Shown piece after piece: positions 1 to 9,755 of a stretch of DNA of 64,000 nucleotides. Source of the DNA: Endomicrobiaceae bacterium. Its GTDB lineage: Bacteria > Elusimicrobiota > Endomicrobiia > Endomicrobiales > Endomicrobiaceae. Position 1 is the stretch's first letter; the number at the start of each line of letters is the position of its first letter. Location of the stretch: NCBI GenBank assembly GCA_028711215.1, contig JAQTSO010000003.1, positions 270 through 64,269 of the forward strand, written 5' to 3'. The translations under genes and the position numbers were made by a program. A model generated the notes under the pieces. It saw only the letters and a list, made by a program, of their open reading frames with translations, searched no databases and had not been told where the DNA came from.

Positions 1-1791
1 ACCGACACTGCAAACTTTCATATGCTTTATGTTTGAATTACTTATAGATACTATAGCATTATATAATTTTTCTTTTTTAATGTGATTTGGTAACAAATTA
101 AGCTTATTATATTTTTGGAATATAGATACTGCCAAGCGCCAAATTTCTTTTGTCGCAATATCTCCGCCGAGTAAATCAAAATATTCAAAATGTGATAATC
201 TTTTTATTGTATTGTTTTTAAACAAAATGCATTCACTGCCCCAGATATTATTATCATATCCGAAACCTGTTCCGTCAAAGGCAAATCCGATAACGTTATT
301 TTTTATATTATTTTCGGCAATAACGGATGCTATATGTGCATAATGATGTTGTACGTGAGTTACATTTTTAAATCTTTTTTTTGCAAAAATTGTTGTGTTA
401 TATTGTGGATGCAAATCACAAACTATTTTGTTTGATTTTACATCTAAAAAATCTGTCATTTTGTTCATAGTTTGTTCTAAAAAATTGATATTGTCATAAT
501 AAATCATATCACCGCAGTATGGTGATAAATATGCAGAGTTTTGTCTTGTTAAACAAAAAGAATTTTTTAAGTCAGATCCAATAGCCAAAATGTTTTTTTC
601 TATTTCCATATTGATTGGATTTGGAACAAAACCTCTGCTTCTTCTGATAATAATTTTTTTATCTTTATCAAAAAATAAAACAATAGAATCATCTACCGGA
701 TTATGAATGGCCCTATCATTACTTAAAATACCTTCAATTGTTTTTGAAAATTCTTTTAATATTTTATTTTCAGTATAGATTATAGGTTCATCATTTTTGT
801 TGGCGGAAGTCATTATTAAAACATCGGTTTTGAGCAGATCAAATAAAATATAATGGATGGGGGTGTATGGCAACATTATTCCTAAATAATTATTATTTTT
901 AGCAATATATTCATTGAAAATAGGATTTATATTTTGATTCTTTCTTAAAAGGATTATCGGTGCAATTGATGATGTTAATTCTTTTTCTTCCCATTTAGTT
1001 ATATTGACAAGTTTTCTTGCAGTATTTATGTCTTTTGCCATTAAAGCAAAAGGTTTTTTGTCTCTGTTTTTTAATTTTCTTAAGTTTAGTATAGTTTTTG
1101 TATTATAAGCATCACAAGCAAGATGATAACCGCCTATACTTTTAATTGCAACTATTTTGCCTGTATCTAACATTTGAGCTGTTTTTTGCAATGATTTGTC
1201 TGTATAGTAAGTTTTATTATTTTTTGTAGCTAAAAGTTTTACTTTAGGTCCGCATCTTTCACAGGCATTCGGCTGTGCATGAAATCTTCTGTCTGAAATA
1301 TTTGTATATTCATCCGAACATTTGGGGCACATTTTAAAATTGTTCATAACTGTGTTTTTTCTGTCATAAGGTAATTTTTTTACTATAGAATAGCGAGGAC
1401 CGCATTGGGTACAATTGATGAAAGGATAATAATGTCTTCTGTCTTGAGATGATAGCAGTTCTTTTTTGCATTCACTGCATAATGCAATATCTGCCGGAAA
1501 ATCAGATATAATATTTTTGTTTTTTAAACTTTTTTTTATTAAAAACTTTTTATATTTTTTTGGTAAAACAGATACAATCTCAAATCTATCTATATTTTGT
1601 TTCTTTAATTGGAAAATAAATCGTTTAATATTTTGGTTTAATCCTTCAATTGTAATTTCAACACCATAAGATGTATTTAGAACAAAACCGGTTAATTCAT
1701 GCTTTTTTGCAAGATTATATATTTTAGGTCTGAATCCTACACCCTGTACCGTTCCATATATTTTTAATAGAAATGCGATTTTTTTATTCAC
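1..1791 (-). CDS. hypF: [NiFe]-hydrogenase maturation carbamoyltransferase HypF (C-terminus runs off the left edge)
   Basis: My own minus-strand translation from GTG at 1791-1789 stays open to base 1 (597 codons). It is absent from the supplied track because no stop is reached. Acylphosphatase-like start (YGTVQGVGFRP), two zinc-finger pairs (CSECKKE...CTQCGPRYS; CPKCSDEY...CERCGPK), YrdC-like IKSIGGYHLACDA and Kae1-like HHYAHIAS. Confidence 0.9.
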   Translation of the reverse strand, partial: MNKKIAFLLKIYGTVQGVGFRPKIYNLAKKHELTGFVLNTSYGVEITIEGLNQNIKRFIFQLKKQNIDRFEIVSVLPKKYKKFLIKKSLKNKNIISDFPADIALCSECKKELLSSQDRRHYYPFINCTQCGPRYSIVKKLPYDRKNTVMNNFKMCPKCSDEYTNISDRRFHAQPNACERCGPKVKLLATKNNKTYYTDKSLQKTAQMLDTGKIVAIKSIGGYHLACDAYNTKTILNLRKLKNRDKKPFALMAKDINTARKLVNITKWEEKELTSSIAPIILLRKNQNINPIFNEYIAKNNNYLGIMLPYTPIHYILFDLLKTDVLIMTSANKNDEPIIYTENKILKEFSKTIEGILSNDRAIHNPVDDSIVLFFDKDKKIIIRRSRGFVPNPINMEIEKNILAIGSDLKNSFCLTRQNSAYLSPYCGDMIYYDNINFLEQTMNKMTDFLDVKSNKIVCDLHPQYNTTIFAKKRFKNVTHVQHHYAHIASVIAENNIKNNVIGFAFDGTGFGYDNNIWGSECILFKNNTIKRLSHFEYFDLLGGDIATKEIWRLAVSIFQKYNKLNLLPNHIKKEKLYNAIVSISNSNIKHMKVCSVG

Positions 1792-2131
1792 CTTCAATAC
1801 TCTTTACAAATACATCATTGCCGGATATTATTGATATATCACCGGAATTGCATTTTGGACAAAATATTGTTTCCATTTTATGAATTTCAATTTTTTCTTT
1901 ACAGTTATTACATTGTGCCGTTAAATTTTCATCAGTAAATTCAAGTTCACAACCGGTTGCAATAGTTTGAGGAATGATATGATCTTTCATTGTATGGACC
2001 AGTAACTCTTTCTCAATTCCGCTGGCTTTTCCTATAACAATGCTGATTTTGGTAATTTTAGTTAAATTATTTTGTTTGGCCTGTTCTTCAATTACTGCCC
2101 ATAATTCTCTGCCGATTCCGTGTTCATGCAT
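1784..2131 (-). CDS. hypA: hydrogenase nickel insertion protein HypA
   Basis: 115 aa. N-terminal MHE nickel-site start and zinc site CNNC-x14-CPKC. The stop overlaps the GTG start of hypF (GGTGAATAA). Confidence 0.9.
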   Translation of the reverse strand: MHEHGIGRELWAVIEEQAKQNNLTKITKISIVIGKASGIEKELLVHTMKDHIIPQTIATGCELEFTDENLTAQCNNCKEKIEIHKMETIFCPKCNSGDISIISGNDVFVKSIEGE

Positions 2132-2216
2132 ATCGTTTTCTCCTGAACTATTTGAAATATATAAATTATTCTATCAAAAAAATTAAAATTACAAAAAATA
2201 TATAACGGCAAATACA

Positions 2217-4241
2217 TTATTTTCTTTTTTTGTTCTTTGTTGCTTTCATAGATTTTATTTCGATAATTTTGTCACGTAACAGTGTGGCAGTTTCAAAATC
2301 TAAATTTTCGGCTGATTCTTTCATTTGTTTTTCTAGGGATTTAAGGACATCTTCAATTTTATTATGTGATATATAATCTTCGCTAAGTTCTGCGGTATAT
2401 AATGTCAAGCTGTCATTTTTGGCCTTACTTTGAAATTCTTCTAATTGTGTAACAGCTTTGATAATAGTTTTAGGGGTTATATGGTGCTCTTTGTTATAAG
2501 CAATTTGTTTTTTTCTTCTTCTTTCCATTTCGTTAATGGCTCTATTCATGGAATTTGTCATTTTGTCTGCATAAAAAATAACTCTGCCGTCAACATTTCT
2601 GGCTGTTCTTCCGCAAGTTTGGATAAGGGTTTGTTCGGATCTTAAAAATCCTTCTTTATCTGCATCTAAAATTACAACCAAAGCAACTTCAGGTAAATCC
2701 AGCCCTTCTCTGAGCAAATTTATACCGACCAAAACATCAAATTTACCTAATCTTAAATCTCTGATAATTTCTATTCTTCTCAATGAATCAATTTCAGAAT
2801 GCATATATTCAACTTTAAATCCTTTTTCCTTGAGGTATGTTGTTAAATCTTCTGACATTCTTTTCGTTAATGTTGTAATAAGCACCCTGTATTTTTTTGC
2901 TGTAGTTTTTTCTATTTCTTTCATCATGTCCTGAATTTGTCCGTCAATAGGTTTGATTATAATTTCCGGGTCAATAAGTCCTGTCGGTCTTATAACAAGT
3001 TCTACTATATCGTTTTTTGATTTTTCCAATTCGTATTTGCCGGGAGTTGCCGAAACCATTACAGACTGCTTTATAATTGATTCAAATTCCGTAAATTTAA
3101 GAGGTCTGTTATCAAGTGCCGACGGTAATCTGAATCCGAAATCAACCAATGTCTGTTTTCTGCTTTTATCACCTTCATACATTCCTCTTATTTGAGGCAG
3201 TGTAATATGAGATTCATCGGCTATCAAAAGAAAATCTTTTGTTTTTTCGTTTGATAAAAAATAATCTATAAGAGTTGTCGGTCTTGATCCGACAGGTCTT
3301 TGGGATAAATGTCTTGAATAATTTTCAACACCGCTGCAAAAACCCGTTTCTTTCAACATTTCCATGTCATATTTTGTTCTTTGTAATAATCTCTGTGCTT
3401 CAAGTAATTTGCCCTCTGATTTTAATGATTGAACCTGCTGAGTTAATTCAGATTCTATTGATTTTAATGCACCTTCTAATTTATCTCCTGTTGTAACAAA
3501 ATGTTTTGCAGGATAGATAAAACACTTTTCTTTTTTATGGTAGACTTCGCCGGTCAAAGGATTAAATTCTTTTATACTGTCAACTTCATTGCCGAAAAAA
3601 TTTATTCTTATTGCTGTTTCAAGATAAGCAGGAAATATTTCAATAGTATCACCTTTTACTCTGAATCTGCCTCGTAAAAATTCTATTTCATTTCTTTCGT
3701 AATGTATAGCCACTAAACTTTTTGTAAGTTTTTCTCTGCTTATTTTTTCGCCGACTTTAAAACTCACACACATGTTTTGATATTCATCGGGAGAGCCAAG
3801 ATTATAGATGCTTGATACAGATGCAACGACTATCACATCATTCCTTTCAAGTATAGAGGTTGTTGCTTTTAATCGTAATCTGTCTATGTGATCATTAATT
3901 GAAGAATCTTTTTCAATATAAGTGTCGGTTGACGGTATATATGCTTCAGGTTGATAATAATCATAATAGGAAATAAAATACTCGACGGCATTGTTAGGAA
4001 AAAAAGATTTAAATTCAGAATATAATTGGGCAGCCAATATTTTATTAGGTGATATTATGAGTGCCGGTCTTTGCAATTTTGTTATTAAATTTGCCATAAC
4101 AAAAGTTTTTCCTGAACCGGTAACACCAAGTAATACCTGTGATTTTTTGCCGTCTGTGATATTTTTATATAACTGTTCAATAGCCTGAGGTTGTTCTCCG
4201 GACGGTTTGAAGTCTGATATTAATTCAAATTTATTTTCCAA
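2217..4241 (-). CDS. uvrB: excinuclease ABC subunit B
   Basis: 674 aa. Walker A GVTGSGKT, DESH box (IADESHITLPQ), helicase C region and C-terminal UVR motif (ATLLRDKIIEIK). Confidence 0.97.
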   Translation of the reverse strand: MENKFELISDFKPSGEQPQAIEQLYKNITDGKKSQVLLGVTGSGKTFVMANLITKLQRPALIISPNKILAAQLYSEFKSFFPNNAVEYFISYYDYYQPEAYIPSTDTYIEKDSSINDHIDRLRLKATTSILERNDVIVVASVSSIYNLGSPDEYQNMCVSFKVGEKISREKLTKSLVAIHYERNEIEFLRGRFRVKGDTIEIFPAYLETAIRINFFGNEVDSIKEFNPLTGEVYHKKEKCFIYPAKHFVTTGDKLEGALKSIESELTQQVQSLKSEGKLLEAQRLLQRTKYDMEMLKETGFCSGVENYSRHLSQRPVGSRPTTLIDYFLSNEKTKDFLLIADESHITLPQIRGMYEGDKSRKQTLVDFGFRLPSALDNRPLKFTEFESIIKQSVMVSATPGKYELEKSKNDIVELVIRPTGLIDPEIIIKPIDGQIQDMMKEIEKTTAKKYRVLITTLTKRMSEDLTTYLKEKGFKVEYMHSEIDSLRRIEIIRDLRLGKFDVLVGINLLREGLDLPEVALVVILDADKEGFLRSEQTLIQTCGRTARNVDGRVIFYADKMTNSMNRAINEMERRRKKQIAYNKEHHITPKTIIKAVTQLEEFQSKAKNDSLTLYTAELSEDYISHNKIEDVLKSLEKQMKESAENLDFETATLLRDKIIEIKSMKATKNKKRK

Positions 4242-4977
4242 AGGAAGTTTCCAAATATTTATATTTTTTTATATGTATATGATGTGTCTGATCCAGCAGC
4301 AAAGGGGTAATTGCAACAAAGCCTTTTTCAACAACTTCTATGTCTGTACCTTTGTTCTTTTTTCCTGAAATGAATCTGCCGGCAAGTTTATAATAAGTTT
4401 TTTTGCCGACTTTTTTAGATTCTATATTTTCATCATAGGATCTTATACCTAAAGAGACAATTTTTATTCCCTTAGCGTTTGGCGGTATATTTATATTCAA
4501 ACACATTGCAGGTCTGCTTTTTTCTGCTTTTTTAACAAATTGTTTTGCTATTTGTAGTACAATTTCGGCGGACTTTTTAAAACATGGATTTTTTTCATTA
4601 ACTACTGATACTGCCATGGAGGGGATCCCAAGATATGCACCTTCTCTTGCACAAGCGACAGTACCTGAATAAACAACATCCTGCCCTAAATTAGGATGTG
4701 TATTTATACCGGAGATAACTAAATCTATTTTGTTTTTTAAAAATGAATATAATCCGAATTTAACGCAATCTGTAGGGGTGCCGTCAATAAGACTGTAAAT
4801 ATTGTTTCCGTAATCTTTGATCTGTCTGTAATTATCTAATGTTATTGACTGACTCATGCCGGACATTTCATGTTCAGGTACGATAACGTATACTTTGCCG
4901 AGTTTAGATATTTCTTTTATAAGCGGTTTAAGTCCCTTGCCTTTGATACCATCGTCATTAGAAATTAAAATATTCAT
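4231..4977 (-). CDS. surE: 5'/3'-nucleotidase SurE
   Basis: 248 aa. N-terminal ILISNDDGI motif and SGINTHPNLG segment typical of SurE. The 3' end overlaps the uvrB start by 11 nt. Confidence 0.9.
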   Translation of the reverse strand: MNILISNDDGIKGKGLKPLIKEISKLGKVYVIVPEHEMSGMSQSITLDNYRQIKDYGNNIYSLIDGTPTDCVKFGLYSFLKNKIDLVISGINTHPNLGQDVVYSGTVACAREGAYLGIPSMAVSVVNEKNPCFKKSAEIVLQIAKQFVKKAEKSRPAMCLNINIPPNAKGIKIVSLGIRSYDENIESKKVGKKTYYKLAGRFISGKKNKGTDIEVVEKGFVAITPLLLDQTHHIHIKKYKYLETSFGK

Positions 4978-5022
4978 ATGTTTCCTATAAGTAAATTTTA
5001 AAAATATTTAAAATTTATTTTT

Positions 5023-6105
5023 TTATTTTATAAGTTTTAAAACTTCATTCAGAAGTTGTTTCTGTGGAAAAATTCTTGGACTTATAAGTCTGTCTTCATC
5101 AATTTGATTATTCATGTTTTTTTCTATGATTTCAATTAATTGTTCTTCTTTTAGGTTTTTTTCTTCAATAACATCAATGAAGTCGTTTTTCTCAATATTT
5201 TTTGCATTAAAATACTGGTGATTGTCTGTGGCAAAAGGGAAAGGGATAAAAATTGCTTTTATGCCGTACATTTCTACTTCTTTTACCGTTCCTGCGCCGG
5301 CTCTGCATATTACTAAGTCAGAACACGCATAAGCGTTTCCTATATCGTGCATATAAGGTACTATATATTTTTTATACGGCAGAACATCATATTTATTTTT
5401 TATTTCTTCAAAATATTTGATTCCGGTTATATGAATAAACTGGATTTTATCTTGATATTTATCGTAAAGCTGTTTTGCAATATTAAAAACAATATTATTC
5501 AGTTTAACTGCTCCGAGACTTCCGCCAAAAATAAAAACAGTAAAAACTCCGTTGCTTATATTAAGTTTTTTACACGCTTCTTTCCGAGGTATATCAAAAA
5601 TATCTTTTCTTACGGGATTTGAAGTGTAGACTGTTTTTAAAGGGCAGAAATATTTTAATGAATTTTTGAAACTTACCGCAATTTTATCGACAAATTTAGA
5701 TAACAATTTATTTGCAATTCCCGGTATGGAATTTTGTTCATGTATCATTGTCGGTATTTTTTTAAATTTGGCGACAATTAATACCGGCACTGATAAATAT
5801 GCCCCCATTCCGATTACGGCTTTAGGATTTATTTTATTGATTATTGCATTTGCCTTAAATATGCTTTTTATAAAGTTAAACGGACACAAAAATAACTTTA
5901 TTGATATTTTTCTGGGAGGTGCATAAAAATTTAAAAGTTTGTAATCATATCCGGAATTTCTTACTATGTTTAAAGATACGGAATTTGCAACATCGTTGAC
6001 GACAAAAACAGGATTATAACCGGAATCTTTTAACTCGTATGCAAGTGCAATTCCGGGATATACGTGCCCGCCGGTACCGCTAGCTATTATTAAAATATTG
6101 TCCAT
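5023..6105 (-). CDS. murG: UDP-GlcNAc:lipid I N-acetylglucosaminyltransferase MurG
   Basis: 360 aa. N-terminal G-loop ASGTGGHVYPGIALA and C-terminal RAGAGTVKE nucleotide-sugar motif. Sits in dcw cluster context. Confidence 0.93.
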   Translation of the reverse strand: MDNILIIASGTGGHVYPGIALAYELKDSGYNPVFVVNDVANSVSLNIVRNSGYDYKLLNFYAPPRKISIKLFLCPFNFIKSIFKANAIINKINPKAVIGMGAYLSVPVLIVAKFKKIPTMIHEQNSIPGIANKLLSKFVDKIAVSFKNSLKYFCPLKTVYTSNPVRKDIFDIPRKEACKKLNISNGVFTVFIFGGSLGAVKLNNIVFNIAKQLYDKYQDKIQFIHITGIKYFEEIKNKYDVLPYKKYIVPYMHDIGNAYACSDLVICRAGAGTVKEVEMYGIKAIFIPFPFATDNHQYFNAKNIEKNDFIDVIEEKNLKEEQLIEIIEKNMNNQIDEDRLISPRIFPQKQLLNEVLKLIK

Positions 6106-6107
6106 AT

Positions 6108-7247
6108 TTATTTTTTCCTTGATATATTGAATAATATACCAATTGTTATCAAACTATACAACATAGATGATCCTCCGTAAGATATAAACGGTAAGGGCAT
6201 ACCTTTTGTTGGCAAAACCCCTATGGACATTCCCATGTTTATGATAGCTTGAAGTGCAAACATAACTCCTATCGTAAAAGCTAAATTTTTACCAAAATCA
6301 TCATCACATTTTTCACTTATTTTAAAAGCTTTTAGTACTATAAATATAAATGATAAAATTACAAGAGATACTACGAAAAATCCGCCTTCTTCACCTATTA
6401 TCGGAAAAATAAAATCTGTATGTGCCTCGGGTAGATGTAAAAGTTTCATTTCACTTTGACCGGGTCCTTTGCCGAAAAATCCGCCTGATCCTAAAGCTAT
6501 GATAGCACTTTTAACATTTGATGAAGATTTTGTCCAATCAGAAAGAGAATAAAAATAATCCGTGATTCTGGTTGTTCTATATGCTTCTATGTATACAAAC
6601 AGTATTGCACAAATTGCAAACACAATATCTGTAATAATAATACGTTTCCATGTGGCACCGGTAATAATGAGTATTGCTGTAAATGTTAATCCGAGAAGAA
6701 CAACAGTTCCCAAATCTTTTTGCAGTACTATTAATACTGTAAATATCGCAAAACAACCTATTGTTATCCAAAACTTTTTACTGAAATTGTCTTCAAATTT
6801 TTGTTTTTTAGATAAAATTTTAGTCGCTATTATAGCAAAAGCTATTTTTGCAAGTTCTGACGGTTGCATTTTTATAATGCCTAAATCTAACCATCTTGTT
6901 GCGCCTTTGGTTTCTTTACCTAATACCAATACCGCAACAAGCAGAGCAATTAATATAATAAATATAAACAAAGTTATTTTTTTTTCTTTATACAACTTAT
7001 AGTCAAAAACAAACGCAGTAAATAAAAAACATATTATACCTAAGCACATGGTTATTATATGTTTAAAAAAAAGATGAAGGGAAATATCCTCCAATCGGAC
7101 AGGTGTAATCGATATGCTTTCTACAATGCCTACAAACAGAAGAAAAAAGATAAAGATAAGTAAAGACCAATTATATCTGTTAATTGTGGAAAATTCATAT
7201 AACGGATTTTTAATATATTTTTTAATAGTTTTAAAGAAATTATTCAT
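6108..7247 (-). CDS. ftsW: SEDS-family peptidoglycan glycosyltransferase FtsW
   Basis: 379 aa polytopic membrane protein. GATRWLDLG...QPSELAKIA and HTDFIFPIIGEEGG motifs of the FtsW/RodA family. Lies between murD and murG. Confidence 0.9.
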   Translation of the reverse strand: MNNFFKTIKKYIKNPLYEFSTINRYNWSLLIFIFFLLFVGIVESISITPVRLEDISLHLFFKHIITMCLGIICFLFTAFVFDYKLYKEKKITLFIFIILIALLVAVLVLGKETKGATRWLDLGIIKMQPSELAKIAFAIIATKILSKKQKFEDNFSKKFWITIGCFAIFTVLIVLQKDLGTVVLLGLTFTAILIITGATWKRIIITDIVFAICAILFVYIEAYRTTRITDYFYSLSDWTKSSSNVKSAIIALGSGGFFGKGPGQSEMKLLHLPEAHTDFIFPIIGEEGGFFVVSLVILSFIFIVLKAFKISEKCDDDFGKNLAFTIGVMFALQAIINMGMSIGVLPTKGMPLPFISYGGSSMLYSLITIGILFNISRKK

Positions 7248-7248
7248 A

Positions 7249-8571
7249 TTATTTTATAGACAAAATTATTTTTTTGAATTCATGTCCTCTATGCTCAAAA
7301 TTTTCAAATTGATCAAATGAGGCACAAGCGGGAGAGAACAATACAATATCTTTTTCTTTTACAATAGATTGGAGTTGTTTTATTGCATTTTCTAATGTGA
7401 CTGTTTTATATATTTTTGCAGAATCTTTCAGCTCTTTTTCTATTATTGGTGTTGCCTCGCCTATTAACATAATAGTTTTAACTTTAGCTTTAATAAGTTT
7501 ATAAATCGGTTTATAAGAACTTCCTTTATCTTGACCGCCAAGTATAAGATGAATGTTTTTATCAAATGATTCCAACGCCACTTTTGTTGAGTCTACATTT
7601 GTGGACTTTGAATCATTGTAGTATTTTACACCTCTGATATTTCTGACAAACTCTATTCTGTGTTCCACGCCTTTAAAAGACGAAACCATTTTTTTAATAT
7701 CATCAATTTTTATTCCCAGAAGATAAGCACTGGCAATTGATGCAAGAATATTGTCAATATTATGTCTGCCGGGAATTTTTACAAATATTTCAAAGTCAAT
7801 TTTTTTCTTTTTATATTGAATATGAAATTTATTCTCTTTATAGTAAATACAATTTTGTCCGGATTTTGACAGATTAAATGGGAACCGGGAGTTGTTATTT
7901 AAAGCGATAAGTTTTTTTAAATACTTATCCTTATAATTAAATATTGTAAAATCATTGCCAGTTTGATTTTTAAATATATTTGATTTTGCTTTTATATAAT
8001 TTTTCATTGTTTTATGATGTTTTATGTGGTCGGGCGTTATATTTAATAAAACACTGATATTCGGTTTAAACTTGGGAAAATCTTCCAGCTGATAAGAGGA
8101 CAATTCCAGTACTAAAATTGTATTTTTATTTATTTTATTTGCCACAGATGATAATGGATATCCGATATTTCCTGCCACAACAGTATTTTTATAAGCGTAT
8201 TTTATGATTTTATAAGTTAACGTAGTTGTGGTAGTTTTGCCGTTTGTCCCCGTTATTGCAATAACTTTTTTAGGTTTTACAAAACTTAAAGCAAAATCAA
8301 TTTCGCTTATAACAGGTATTTTTTTTCTTACAGCATCTGTTAAAATTGGTAAATCCGACGATAATCCAGGACTTTTTATTATTAAATCACAGTCCAATAC
8401 TTTATTTGAATGTTTATTAAATTCAATTTTAACTTTTTTATTGAGTTTCATCTGCAAATGTGTTTTTGGTTTGCCACAGTCACTTGCAAAAACTTTAAAT
8501 CCTTTATTACAGGCTAAATTGGCACAGGCAATTCCGGATTTTCCAAGTCCTAAAACTGATATTTTTTTCAT
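7249..8571 (-). CDS. murD: UDP-N-acetylmuramoylalanine--D-glutamate ligase MurD
   Basis: 440 aa. N-terminal GLGKSG Rossmann loop and Mur ligase P-loop GTNGKTTTT. Canonical dcw position. Confidence 0.93.
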   Translation of the reverse strand: MKKISVLGLGKSGIACANLACNKGFKVFASDCGKPKTHLQMKLNKKVKIEFNKHSNKVLDCDLIIKSPGLSSDLPILTDAVRKKIPVISEIDFALSFVKPKKVIAITGTNGKTTTTTLTYKIIKYAYKNTVVAGNIGYPLSSVANKINKNTILVLELSSYQLEDFPKFKPNISVLLNITPDHIKHHKTMKNYIKAKSNIFKNQTGNDFTIFNYKDKYLKKLIALNNNSRFPFNLSKSGQNCIYYKENKFHIQYKKKKIDFEIFVKIPGRHNIDNILASIASAYLLGIKIDDIKKMVSSFKGVEHRIEFVRNIRGVKYYNDSKSTNVDSTKVALESFDKNIHLILGGQDKGSSYKPIYKLIKAKVKTIMLIGEATPIIEKELKDSAKIYKTVTLENAIKQLQSIVKEKDIVLFSPACASFDQFENFEHRGHEFKKIILSIK

Positions 8572-8669
8572 AGTATATTCCGTAAAATTAATTTTATATT
8601 TGAATTGTTAAAAAAACTAACAATTTCTGTTGCCAATCTTAAAAAGTTTTCTTTGAAAAATATTTTTAA

Positions 8670-9755
8670 CTATCTGATTTTTAATGAAGCAATTGCTATA
8701 ATCGCAAGAATAATACCGATAATCCAAAATCTTATTGTGACTTTAGTTTCCCGCAGGCCGCCAAGTTCAAAATGATGGTGAATAGGAGCCATTTTAAATA
8801 CACGTTTTTTTGTTCTTTTAAAAACTGCCACCTGTATCAAAACAGATAATGCTTCTACGACAAATATTCCGCCGACCAGAAACAAGATCAATTCCTGTTT
8901 TATAAAAACAGCAATCAGTCCGAGAACTCCGCCGAGACATAAGCTTCCTGTGTCACCCATAAAAATTTCCGCAGGATGCGCATTGTACCATAAAAATCCC
9001 AAACTCGCTCCGAACATTGCCATTAAAAATACGGATATTTCTCCCGCACCGCTTACGTGTATGATTTTTAAATAAGATGATATGTTAAAATTTCCTATAA
9101 GATAAGCAAAGAGCGCCAGAGTAAGAGTAACAACAATGATATTTCCTATTGCCAAACCGTCTAATCCGTCGGTAAGATTGACTGCATTCGAACTGCCGAC
9201 GATAACAAATAATATTAAAACAAAATATAAATAAGACAAAGGCAGAAAACAATTTTTTGCAAAAGGAATATCCAAAGATGTTGCAAACTGGGCATTTGTC
9301 GGATGAAAGAAAAGATAGGCTATAACGGCAAGTGAAAATATTGTCTGCCAAAACAATTTTTTTCTGCCTGACAATCCTTTCGGGTTTTTTTTTGTAAGTT
9401 TTAAATAATCATCTGCAAAACCGATAGTGCCAAAAAATAATGTGGCAGCAGATAGCCATAAAATATAAACATTATCAAGCCTTGCCCATAAAAGCACAGA
9501 CAACAACAATGAAATTATTATTATTATTCCGCCCATTGTAGGAGTACCTGATTTGCATTGATGGTTAGACGGGGCACAATCACGGACTGTTTGTCCGACT
9601 TTAAGTTCTTTAAGTTTTCTTATAATATAAGGACCTATGAGAAATGATATCATTAAACTTGTTAAAACAGCACCGCCTGCTCTGAAAGTTATATATTGAA
9701 AAATATTAAAAGGGGAAAATAAATCACTTAAGGGATACAAAATATGATATAGCAT
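8670..9755 (-). CDS. mraY: phospho-N-acetylmuramoyl-pentapeptide transferase MraY
   Basis: 361 aa. Motifs FADDYLK, NAVNLTDGLDGLA and APIHHHFE. Ten-TM-like hydrophobic pattern. Confidence 0.96.
   Translation of the reverse strand: MLYHILYPLSDLFSPFNIFQYITFRAGGAVLTSLMISFLIGPYIIRKLKELKVGQTVRDCAPSNHQCKSGTPTMGGIIIIISLLLSVLLWARLDNVYILWLSAATLFFGTIGFADDYLKLTKKNPKGLSGRKKLFWQTIFSLAVIAYLFFHPTNAQFATSLDIPFAKNCFLPLSYLYFVLILFVIVGSSNAVNLTDGLDGLAIGNIIVVTLTLALFAYLIGNFNISSYLKIIHVSGAGEISVFLMAMFGASLGFLWYNAHPAEIFMGDTGSLCLGGVLGLIAVFIKQELILFLVGGIFVVEALSVLIQVAVFKRTKKRVFKMAPIHHHFELGGLRETKVTIRFWIIGIILAIIAIASLKIR

Noticed and set aside
6562-7002. Long antisense or alternative-frame ORFs inside confident genes. Examples: 6562-7002, 8228-8611, 15524-15967, 19981-20349, 33207-33614, 37854-38339 and 52714-53199.
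   Set aside because: They overlap genes with clear family motifs on the other strand or frame. Their translations are low-complexity (Ile/Phe/Leu/Ser-rich) as expected from A+T-rich DNA, and 15524-15967 additionally runs through rnpB.
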